From assembly GCF_009914755.1 (NCBI RefSeq), contig NC_060933.1: a DNA stretch of 64,000 bases, one strand, 5' to 3'. Positions 1 to 12,269 of this stretch are shown here, piece after piece. A model generated the notes under the pieces. It did no database searches, had not been told where the DNA came from, and was given only the letters and a program-made list of their open reading frames with translations. A program made the position numbers and the translations under genes. How positions within the stretch are numbered: the first letter of the stretch is position 1; the number at the start of each line of letters is the position of its first letter. Source of the stretch: the human T2T-CHM13v2.0 reference genome, Homo sapiens.

Positions 1-96
1 CATTCCATTCCATTCCATTCCATTCCGTTCCATTCCGTTCCATTGCAATCGAGTTGAATCCATTGCATTACATTCCATTCCATTCCATTGCATTCC

Positions 97-111
97 ATTC
101 CGGAAGATTCC
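97..111. promoter_or_regulatory. Perfect 3-unit heat-shock element aTTCcgGAAgaTTCc (representative; ~40 copies in window)
   Basis: Exact match to nTTCnnGAAnnTTCn. Further copies start near 1808, 3531, 4225, 4883, 5322, 6447, 7996 and continue to ~61800. Motif match only; binding is not shown. Confidence 0.6.
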
Positions 112-293
112 ATTCCATTGCATTCCATTCCATTCCATTCCCCTGCACTCGCGTTGATTCCATTCCATTCCATTCCATTCCATTCCATTCCGTTCCGTTC
201 CGTTCCATTCCATTCCATTCCATTCCATTGCATTCCGTTCCGTTCCATTCCATTCCATTCCATTCTATTCGGGTTAATTCCATTCCATTCCAT

Positions 294-307
294 TCGATTG
301 CAATCGA
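294..307. other. Perfect 14 bp palindrome TCGATTGCAATCGA (representative; recurs in most core modules)
   Basis: The sequence equals its own reverse complement and sits at a fixed position after CTATTCGGGTTAA. Confidence 0.85.
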
Positions 308-3300
308 GTTGATTCCATTCCATTCCATTCCATTCCATTCCATTCCATTCCATTCCATTCCTTTCCATTCCATTACGGATGATTCCATTCCTTTGCATTC
401 CATTCCATTCCATTCCCCTGTACTCGGGTTGATTCCATTCCATTCCATTCTGATCCATGCCATTCCACTCGTGTTGATTCCATTCTTTCCATTCCATTCA
501 AGTTGAATCCATTCCATTTCATTCCATTCCATTCGATTCCATTCGATTGCACTCGGGTTGATTCCATTCCATTGCATTCCATTCCATTCCATTCCATTCC
601 ATTCCATTCCGTTCCATTCCATTCCATTACATTCGGATTGATTGTATTCAATTCCCTTACACTCCATTACATTCCATTCCATTCGGGTAGTTTCCACTCC
701 ATTCCATTCCATTCCTCTCCATTCCATTGCACTCGGGTTGATTCCATTCCATTGCATTCCATTCCATTCCATTCAATTCCATTCCGTTCCATTCCATTCC
801 ATTACATTCGGATTGATTCTATTCAACTCCCTTACTCTCCATTACATTCGATTCCATTCGGGTTGTTCCATTCCATTCCATTGCATTCCCCTCCATTCCA
901 TTGCACTCGGGTTGATTCCATTCCATTCCATTCCATTCCGGAAGATTTCATTCCATTACATTCCATTACATTCCATTCCCCTGCACTCGCGTGGATTCCA
1001 TTCCATTCCATTACATTGAATACCATTCCATTCCATTCCTTTCCGTTCCATTCCATTCCATTCCATTCCATTCCATTCCGTTCCGTTCCATTCCGTTCCA
1101 TTCCATTCCATTCCATTCTATTCGGGTTAATTCCATTCCATTCCATTCTATTGTAATCGTGTTGATTCCATTCCATTCCATTCCATTCCATTCCATTCCA
1201 TTCCTTTCCATTGCATTACGGATGATTCCATTCCATTGCATTCCATTCCATTCCATTCCCCTGTACTCGGGTTGATTCCATTCCATTGCATTCCAATCCA
1301 TGCCCTTCCATTCGTGTTGATTCCATTCTTTCCATTGCATTCAAGTTGAATCCATTCCATTGCATTCCATTCCATTCGATTCCATTCGATTGCACTCGGG
1401 TTGATTCCATTCCATTGCATTCCATTCCATTCCATTCCATTCCATTCCATTCCGTTCCATTCCATTCCATTACATTCGGATTGATTCTATTCAATTCCCT
1501 TACACTCCATTACATTCCATTCCATTCGGGTAGTTTCCATTCCATTCCATTCCATTCCTCTCCATTCCATTGCACTCGGGTTGATTCCATTCCATTGCAT
1601 TCCATTCCATTCCATTCAAATCCATTCCGTTCCATTCCATTCCATTACATTCGGATTGCTTCTATTCATCTCCCTTAGTTTCCATTACATTCCATTCCAT
1701 TCGGGTTGTTCCATTCCATTCCATTCCATTCCACTCCATTCCATTGCACTCGGGTTGATTCCATTCCATTCCATTCCATTCCATTCCATTCCATTCCATT
1801 CCATTCCATTCCGGAAGATTCCATTCCATTGCATTCCATTCCATTCCATTCCCCTGCACTCGCGTTGATTCCATTCCATTCCATTCCATTCCATTCCATT
1901 CCTTTCTGTTCCATTCCATTCCATTCCATTCCATTCCATTCCGTTCCGTTACGTTCCATTCCATTCCATTCTATTCTATTCTGGTTAATTCCATGCCATT
2001 CCATTCGATTGCAATCGAGTTGATTCCATTCTATTCCATTCCATTCCATTCCATTCCATTCCATTCCATTCCTTTCCATTCCATTACGGATGATTCCATT
2101 CCATTTTATTCCATTCCATTCCATTCCCCTGTACTCGGGTTGATTCCATTCCATTCCATTCCAATCCATGCCATTCCACTCGTGTTGATTCCATTCTTTC
2201 CATTCCATTCAAGTTGATTCCATTCCATTGCATTCCATTCCATTCCATTCCCCTGCAGTCGGGTTGATTCCATTCCATTCCATTCCATTCCATTCCATTC
2301 CATTCCATTCCGTTCCGTTCCATTCCATTCCATTCCTTTCTATTCGGGTTAATTCCATTCCATTCCATTCCATTCCATTCCATTCCATTCAAATCGAGTT
2401 GATTCCATTCCATTCCATTCCATTCCATTCCATTCCATTCCATTCCATTCCACTCCATTCCAGTCCTTTCCATTCCATTCCACTCGGGTTGATTCCAATG
2501 TATTCCTTTCCATTCCATTCCATTCCATTGCAATCGAGTTGATTCCATTGCTTTGCATTGGATTCCATTCCATTCCATTCCGGATGATTCCATTCCATTG
2601 CATTCCATTCCATTACATTCCCCTGCACTCGGGTTGATTCCATTCCATTCCAGTCCATTCCGTTCCATTCCATTCCATTCCATTGTATTCGGGTTAATTC
2701 CATTCCATTCCATTCCATTCCATTCCATTACAATCGAGTTGATTCCATTCTATTCCATTCCATTCCAGTCCTTTCCATTCCATTCCACTCGGGTTGATTC
2801 CATTCTATTAGTTTCCATTCCATTCCATTCCCTTCCATTCCACTCTGGTTGATTCCATTCCTTTGCATTCCACTCGAATACATTCCCTCCTATTCCACTC
2901 GGAACGATTCCATTCCATTCCATTCCATTCCATTCCATTTCGTTCCATTCCATTCTGTTCCGTATCATTCCATTCCATTCCATTCCATTCCATTGTACTC
3001 GGGTTGGTTCCATTCCATTGCATTCCATTCCATTCCATTCCATTCCATTCCATTCCATTCCGTTGCATTCCATTCCATTACATTCGGATTGATTCTATTC
3101 AACTCCCTTACTCTCCATTACATTCCATTCCATTCGGGTTGTTCCATTCCATTGCATTCCATTCCACTCCATTCCATTGCACTCGGGTTGATTCCATTCC
3201 ATTCCATTCCATTCCATTCCATTCCGGATGATTCCATTCCATTACATTCTGTTCCATTACATTCCCCTGCACTCACGTTGATTCCATTCCATTCCATTCC

Positions 3301-6049
3301 ATTCCATTCAATTCCATTCCATTACAATTCGTTCCATTCCATTCTATTCCGTAACATTCCATTCCATTGCATACCATTCCATTCCATTCCATTCCATTCC
3401 GTTCCATTCCATTCCATTCCATTCCATTCGGATTAATTCCATTCCATTACATTCCATTCCATTCTATTCCATTCCATTGCAATCGAGTTGAATCCATTGC
3501 ATTTCATTCCATTCCATTCCATTCCATTCCATTCCGGAAGATTCCATTCCATTGCATTCCATTCCATTCCATTTCCCTGCACTCGCGTTGATGCCATTCC
3601 ATTCCATTCCATTCCATTCCGTTCCGTTCCATTCCATTCCATTCCATTCCATTCCGTTCCGTTCCATTCCATTCCATTCCATTCTATTCGGGTTAATTGC
3701 ATTCCATTCCATTCGATTGCAATCGAGTTGATTCCATTCCATTCCATTCCATTCCATTCCATTCCATTCCATTACATTCCTTTCCATTCCATTACGGATG
3801 ATTCCATTCCATTGCATTCCATTCCATTCCATTCCCCTGTACTCGGGTTGATTCCATTCCATTCCATTCCAATCCATGCCATTCCACTCGTGTTGATTCC
3901 ATTCTTTCCATTCCATTCAAGTTGATTCCATTCCATTGCATTCCATTCCTTTCGATTCCATTCGATTCCATTTCGTTCCATTCCATTCCATTACATTCGG
4001 ATTGATTCTATTCAATTCCCTTACACTCCATTACATTACATTCCATTCGGGTAGTTTCCATTCCATTCCATTCCATTCCTCTCCATTCCATTGCACTCGG
4101 GTTGATTCCATTCCATTGCATTCCATTCCATTCCATTCAATTCTATTCCGTTCCATTCCATTCCATTACATTCGGATTGATTCTATTCAACTCCCTTACT
4201 CTCCATTCCATTCCATTCCATTCCATTCCGGAAGATTCCATTCCATTGCATTCCATTCCATTCCATTCCCCTGCACTCGCGTTGATTCTATTCTATTCCA
4301 TTCTATTCCGTTCCATTCCCTTCCTTTCCGTTCCATTCCATTCCATTCCATTCCATTCCATTCCGTTCCGTTCCGTTCCATTCCATTCCATTCCATTCCA
4401 TTCTATTCGGGTTAATTCCATTCCATTCCATTCGATTGCAATCGAGTTGATTCCATTCCATTCCATTCCATTCCATTCCATTCCATTCTGGATGATTCCA
4501 TTCCATTGCATTCCATTCCATTCCATTCCCCTGTACTCGGGTTGATTCCATTCCATTCCATTCCAATCCATGCCCTTCCACTCGTGTTGATTCCATTATT
4601 TCCATTCCATTCTAGTTGAATCCATTCCATTGCATTCCATTCCATTCGACTCCATTCGATTGCACTCGGGTTGATTCCATTCCATTGCATTCCATTCCAT
4701 TCCATTCCATTCCATTCCATTCCATTCCATTCCGTTCCATTCCATTCCATTACATTCGGATTGATTCTATTCAACTCCCTTACTCTCCATTACATTCGAT
4801 TCCATTCGGGTTGTTCCATTCCATTCCATTCCATTCTACTCCATTCCATTGCACTCGGGTTGATTCCATTACATTCCATTCCATTCCGGAAGATTCCATT
4901 TCATTGCATTCCATTACATTCCATTCCCCTGCACTCGCGTTGATTCCATTCCTTTCCATTCCATTCCATTCCATTCCATTCCATTCCGTTCCGTTCCATT
5001 CCATTCCATTCCATTCCATTCCATTCCATTCCGTTCCGTTCCATTCCATTCCATTGCATTATATTCGGGTTAATTCCATTCCATTCCATTCGATTGCAAT
5101 CGTGTTGATTCCATTCCATTCCATTCCATTCCATTCCATTCAATTCCATTCCGTTCCATTCCATTCCATTATATTCGGATTGATTCTACTGAACTCCCTT
5201 ACTCTACATTATATTCCATTCCATTCGGGTTGTTCCATTCCATTCCATTCCATTCCACTCCATTCCATTGCACTCGGGTTTGTTCCATTCCATTCCATTC
5301 CATTCCATTCCATTCCATTCCATTCCGGAAGATTCCATTCCATTGCATTCCATTCCATTCCATTCCCCTGCACTCGCGTTGATTCCATTCCATTCCATTC
5401 CATTCCATTCCATTCCATTCCATTCCATTCCTTTCCGTTCCGTTCCATTCCATTCCATTCCATTCCATTCCATTCCATTCCGTTCCGTTCCGTTCCATTC
5501 CATTCCATTCCATTCTATTCGGGTTAATTCCATTCCATTCCATTCGATTGCAATCGAGTTGATTCCATTCCATTCCATTCCATTCCATTCCATTCCATTC
5601 CATTCCATTCCTTTCCATTCCATTACGGATGATTCCATTCCGTTACATTACTTTCCATTCCATTCCCCTGTACTCGGGTTGATTCCATTCCATTCCATTC
5701 CATTCCATTCCATTCCGGATGATTCCATTGCATTGCATTCCTTTCCATTACATTACCCTGCACTCGCGTTGATTGCATTCCATTCCATTCCATTCCATTC
5801 AATTCCATTCCATTACAATTCGTTCCATTCCATTCTATCCCGTACCATTCCATTCCATTGCATACCATTCCATTCCATTCCATTCCATTCCGTTCCATTC
5901 CATACCATTCCATTCCATTCCATTCCGTTCCGTTCCATTCCATTCCATTCTATTCGGGTTAATTCCATTCCATTCCATTCCCTTCCATTCCATTCCATTA
6001 CAATCGAGTTGATTCCATTCCATTCCATTCCATGCCATTCCATTCCATT

Positions 6050-7610
6050 CCAGTCCTTTCCATTCCATTCCACTCGGGTTGATTCCATTCTATTAGTTTC
6101 CATTCCATTCCATTCCCTTCCATTCCACTCTGGTTGATTCCATTCCTTTCCATTCCACTCGAATACATTCCCTGCTATTCCACTCGGAACGATTCCATTC
6201 CATTCCATTCCATTCCATTCCATTCCATTCCAGTTCGTTCCATTCCGTTCTATTCCGTACCATGCCATTCCATTCCATTCCTTTCCATTCCATTCCTTTC
6301 CACTCGTGTTGATTCCATTCCTTTCCATTCCATTCGGTTTGAAGGCATTCCATTCCATTCAATTCCATTCCATTCCATTCCATTCTATTCCATTCCATTG
6401 CAATCGAGTTGAATCCATTGCCTTTCATTCCATTCCATTCCATTCCATTCCGGAAGATTCCATTCCATTGCATTCCATTCCATTCCATTCCCCTGCACTC
6501 GCGTTGATTCCATTCCATTCCATTCCATTCCGTTCCGTTCCATTCCATTCCATTCCATTCCATTCCATTCCATTCCGTTCCGTTCCATTCCATTCCATTC
6601 CATTCCATTCCATTCCATTCCATTCCGTTCCGTTCCATTCCATTCCATTCCATTCTATTCGGGTTAATTCCATTCCATTCCATTCGATTGCCATCGAGTT
6701 GATTCCATTCCATTCCATTCCATTCCATTCCATTCCATTCCATTCCTTTCCATTCCATTACGGATGACTCCATTCCATTGCATTCCATTCCATTCCATTC
6801 CATTCCCCTGTACTCGGGTTGATTCCATTCCATTCCATACCACTCCATTCGGTTCCGTTGCATTCCAATCTATTGCATTCCATCTATTCGGGTTAATTCC
6901 ATTCCATTCTATTCCATTCCATTCCATTCCATTCCATTGCAATGGAGTTGATTCCATTCCATTCCATTCCATTCCGGATGATTCCATTCCATTGCATTCC
7001 ATTCCATTCCATTCCCCTGCACTCGTGTTGATTGCATTCCCTTCCATTCCATTCCATTCCGTTCCATTCCATTCCATTCCATTCTATTCCGGTTAATTCC
7101 ATTCCATTCCATTCCATTCCATTCCATTCCATTGCAATCGAGTTGATTCCATTCCATTCCTTTCCATTCCATTCCATTGCGTTGCATTCCACTCGGGTTG
7201 ATTCCATTCCCTTCTTTCCACTCCATTACATTCCCTTCCATGATTGATTCCATTCCATTCCATTCCATTTCATTCCCTTGCAATCCATTCCAACCCATTC
7301 CATTCCATTCCATTCCACTCGAGTTGACTTCATTCCATTCCTTTCCATTCCATTCCATTCCTTTCCACTCGAGTTGATTCCATCCCATTCTAATCCATTG
7401 CATTCCATTCCATGCCATTCCACTCGGGTTGATTCCATTCCTTTGCATTCCATTCCATTACATTCCATTCCATTCCATTCCATTCCGTTGCATTCCATTC
7501 CATTACATTCGGATTGATTCTATTCAACTCCCTTACTCTCCTTTACATTCCATTCCATTCGGGTTGTTCCATTCCATTCCATTCCATTCCACTCCATTCC
7601 ATTGCACTCG
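6050..7610 (+). repeat. ~1.55 kb duplicated block, copy 1 (partner 9477-11015)
   Basis: Shared rare variants CAGTTCGTTCCATTCCGTTCTATT, CGATTGCCATCGAG, CGGATGACTCC, CATCTATTCGGG, CTTCCATGATTG, GAGTTGACTT. ORF offsets 3427 (6134/9561) and 3392 (6893/10285). Confidence 0.85.
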
Positions 7611-9476
7611 GGTTAATTCCATTCCATTCCATTCCATTCCATTCCATTCCATTCCATTCCATTCCGGATGATTCCATTCCATTGCATTCCGTTCCATTAC
7701 ATTCCCCTGCACTCGCGTTGATTCCATTCCATTCCATTCCTTTCCATTCAATTCCATTCCATTACAATTCGTTCCATTCCATTCTATTCCGTAGCATTCC
7801 ATTCCATTCCATACCATTCCATTCCATTCCATTCCATTCCATTCCATTCCATTCCGTTCCATTCCCTTCCATTCCATTCCATTCCATTCTATTCGGGTTA
7901 ATCCCATTCCATTCCATTCCATTCCATTCCATTCTATTCCATTCCATTGCAATCGAGTTGAATCCATTGCATTTCATTCCATTCCATTCCATTCCATTCC
8001 GGAAGATTCCATTCCATTGCATTCCATTCCATGCCATTCCCCTGCACTCGCGTTGATTCCATTCCATTCCATTCCATTCCATTGCATTCCATTCCATTCC
8101 ATTCCGTTCCATTCTGTTCCATTCCCTTCCATTCCATTCCATTCCATTCCATTCCGTTCCGTTCCATTCCATTCCATTCCATTCTATTCGGGTTAATTCC
8201 ATTCCATTCCATTCGATTGCAATCGTGTTGATTCCATTCCATTCCATTCCATTCCATTCCATTCCATTCCATTCCATTCCTTTCCATTCCATTACGGATG
8301 ATTCCATTCCATTGCATTCCATTCCATTCCATTCCCCTGTACTCGGGTTGATTCCATTCCATTGCATTCCATTCCATGCCCTTCCACTCGTGTTGATTCC
8401 ATTCTTTCCATTCCATTCAAGTTGAATCCATTCCATTGCATTCCATTCCATTCGATTCCATTCGATTGCACTCGGGTTGATTCCATTCCATTGCATTCCA
8501 TTCCATTCCATTCCATTCCATTCCATTCCATTACGTTCGGATTGATTCTATTCAACTCCCTTACTCTCCATTACATTCCATTTCATTCGGGTAGTTTCCA
8601 TTCCATTCCATTCCATTCCACTCCATTCCATTGCTCTCGGGTTGATTCCATTCCATTGCATTCCATTCCATTCCATTCCATTCCATACCGGAAGATTCCA
8701 TTCCATTGCATTCCATTCCATTCCATTCCCCTGCACTCGCGTTGATTCCATTCCATTCCATTCCATTCCATTCCATTCCATTCCATTCCATTCCATTCCT
8801 TTCCGTTCCATTCCATTCCATTCCATTCCATTCTATTCCATTCCATTCCATTCCGTTCCATTCCATTCCATTCCATTCTATTCGGATTAATTCCATTCCA
8901 TTCCATTCGATTGCAATCGAGTTGATTCCATTCCATTCCATTCCATTCCATTCCATTCCATTCCATTCCATTGCATTCCATTCCTTTCTATACCATTACG
9001 GATGATTCCATTCCATTGCATTCCATTCCATTCCATTCCCCTGTACTCGGGTTGATTCCATTCCATTCCATTCCAATCCATGCCATTCCACTCGTGTTGA
9101 TTCCATTCTTTCCATTCCATTCAAGATGAATCCATTCCATTGCATTCCATTCCATTCCATTCCACTCCATTCCAGTCCTTTCCATTCCATTCCACTCGGG
9201 TTGATTCCAATGTATTCCTTTCCATTCCATTCCATTCTATTGCAATCGAGTTGATTCCATTGCTTTGCATTCCATTCCATTCCATTCCATTCCGGATGAT
9301 TCCATTCCATTGCATTCCATTCCATTCCATTCCCCTGCACTCGGGTTGATTCCATTCCATTCCACTGCATTCCGTTCCATTCCATTCCATTCCATTGTAT
9401 TCGGGTTAATTCCATTCCATTCCATTCCATTCCATTCCATTACAATCGAGTTGATTCCATTCCATTCCATTCCATT

Positions 9477-11015
9477 CCAGTCCTTTCCATTCCATTCCAC
9501 TCGGGTTGATTCCATTCTATTAGTTTCCATTCCATTCCATTCCCTTCCATTCCACTCTGGTTGATTCCATTCCTTTCCATTCCACTCGAATACATTCCCT
9601 CCTTTTCCACTCGGAACGATTCCATTCCATTCCATTCCATTCCATTCCATTCCATTCCAGTTCGTTCCATTCCGTTCTATTCCGTACCATTCCATTCCAT
9701 TCCATTCCTTTCCATTCAATTCCTTTCCACTCGTGTTGATTCCATTCCTTTCCATTCCATTCGGTTTGAAGGCATTCCATTCCATTCAATTCCATTCCAT
9801 TCCATTCCATTCCATTCCATTCCATTCCATTCTATTCCATTCCATTGCAATCGAGTTGAATCCATTGCCTTTCATTCCATTCCATTCCATTCTATTCCGG
9901 AAGATTCCATTCCATTGCATTCCATTCCATTCCATTCCCCTGCACTCGCGTTGATTCCATTCAATTCCATTCAATTCCATTCCGTTCCGTTCCATTCCAT
10001 TCCATTCCATTCCATTCCGTTCCGTTCCATTCCATTCCATTCCATTCTATTCGGGTTAATTCCATTCCATTCCATTCGATTGCCATCGAGTTGATTCCAT
10101 TCCATTCCATTCCATTCCATTCCATTCCATTCCATTCCATTCCTTTCCATTCCATTACGGATGACTCCATTCCATTGCATTCCATTCCATTCCATTCCCC
10201 TGTACTCGGGTTGATTCCATTCCATTCCATTCCACTCCATTCGGTTCCGTTGCATTCCATTCTATTGCATTCCATCTATTCGGGTTAATTCCATTCCATT
10301 CTATTCCATTCCATTCCATTCCATTCCATTGCAATGAAGTTGATTCCATTCCATTCCATTCCATTCCGGATGATTCCATTCCATTGCATTCCATTCCATT
10401 CCATTCCCCTGCACTCGTGTTGATTCCAATCCCTTCCATTCCATTCCATTCCGTTCCATTCCATTCCATTCCATTCTATTCCGGTTAATTCCATTCCATT
10501 CCATTCCATTCCATTCCATTCCATTGCAATCGAGTTGATTCCATTCCATTCCTTTGCATTCCATTCCATTGCGTTGCATTCCACTCGGGTTGATTCCATT
10601 CCCTTATTTCCACTCCATTACATTCCCTTCCATGATTGATTCCATTCCATTCCATTCCATTTCATTCCATTGCAATCCATTCCAATCCATTCCATTCCAT
10701 TCCATTCCACTCGAGTTGACTTCATTCCATTCCTTTCCATTCCATTCCATTCTTTTCCACTCGAGTTGATTCCATTCCATTCCAATCCATTGCATTCCAT
10801 TCCATGCCATTCCACTCGGGTTGATTCCATTCCTTTGCATTCCATTCCATTCCATTCCATTCCATTCCATTCCATTCCATTCCATTCCGTTGCATTCCAT
10901 TCCATTACATTCGGATTGATTCTATTCAACTCCCTTGCTCTCCATTACATTCCATTCCATTCGGGTTGTTCCATTCCATTCCATTCCATTCCACTCCATT
11001 CCATTGCACTCGGGT
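9477..11015 (+). repeat. ~1.55 kb duplicated block, copy 2 (partner 6050-7610)
   Basis: Same diagnostic variants in the same order as 6050-7610. Confidence 0.85.
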
Positions 11016-12269
11016 TGATTCCATTCCATTCCATTCCATTCCATTCCATTCCATTCAATTCCATTCCTTTCCATTCCATTCCATTACATTCGGATTGATT
11101 CTATTCAACTCCCTTACTCTCCATTACATTCCATTCCATTCGGGTTGTTCCATTCCATTCCATTCCATTCCACTCCATTCCATTGCAGTCGGGTTGATTC
11201 CATTCCATTCCATTCCATTCCATTCCATTCCATTCTATTCCATTCCATTGCAATCGAGTTGAATCCATTGCATTCGATTCCATTCCATTCCGGAAGATTC
11301 CATTCCATTGCATTCCATTCCATTCCATTCCCCTGCACTGGCGTTGATTCCATTCCATTCCATTCCATTCCATTCCGTTCCGTTCCGTTCCGTTCCATTC
11401 CATTCCATTCCGTTCCGTTCCGTTCCTTTCCATTCCATTCCATTCTATTCGGGTTAATTCCATTCCATTCCATTCGATTGCAATCGAGTTGATTCCATTC
11501 CATTCCATTCCATTCCATTCCATTCCATTCCTTTCCATTCCATTACGGATGATTCCATTCCATTGCATTACATTCCATTCCATTCCCCTGTACTCGGGTT
11601 GATTCCATTCCATTCCTTTCCATTCCATTCTATTCCATTCCATTCCATTCCATTCCCCTGCACTCGCGTTGATTCCATTCCATTCCATTCCATTCCATTC
11701 CATTCCATTTTCTTCCGTTCCATTCCATTCCGTTCCCTTCCATTCCGTTCCGTTCCATTCCATTCCATTCCATTCTATTCGGGTTAATTCCATTCCATTC
11801 CTTTCGATTGCAATCGTGTTGATTCCATTCCATTCCATTCCATTCCATTCCATTCCATTCCATTCCATTCCTTTCCATTCCATTACGGATGATTCCATTC
11901 CATTGCATTCCATTCCATTCCATTCCCCTGTACTCGGGTTTATTCCATTCCATTGCATTGCAATCCATGCCCTTCCACTCGTGTTGATTCCATTCTTTCC
12001 ATTCCATTCAAGTTGAATCCATTCCATTGCATTCCATTCAATTCGATTCCATTCGATTGCACTCGGGTTGATTCCATTACATTGCATTCCATTCCATTCC
12101 ATTCCATTCCATTCCATTCCGTTCCATTCCATTCCATTACATTCGGGTTGATTCTATTCAATTCCCTTACACTCCATTACATTCCATTCCATTCGGGTAG
12201 TTTCCATTCCATTCCATTCCATTCCTCTCCATTCCATTGCACTCGGGTTGATTCCATTCCATTCCATTC

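Noticed and set aside
98-105. TTCCGGAA as a STAT (GAS) site
   Set aside because: GAS elements need TTC-N3/4-GAA; the spacer here is 2 nt, which fits HSE geometry instead.
2871-2910. Recurrent distinctive ~40 bp word CACTCGAATACATTCCCTCCTATTCCACTCGGAACGA resembling a CRISPR repeat or inserted element
   Set aside because: It stays in 5-bp register as diverged pentamers. There are no unique spacers, regular spacing, cas genes, terminal repeats or target-site duplications.
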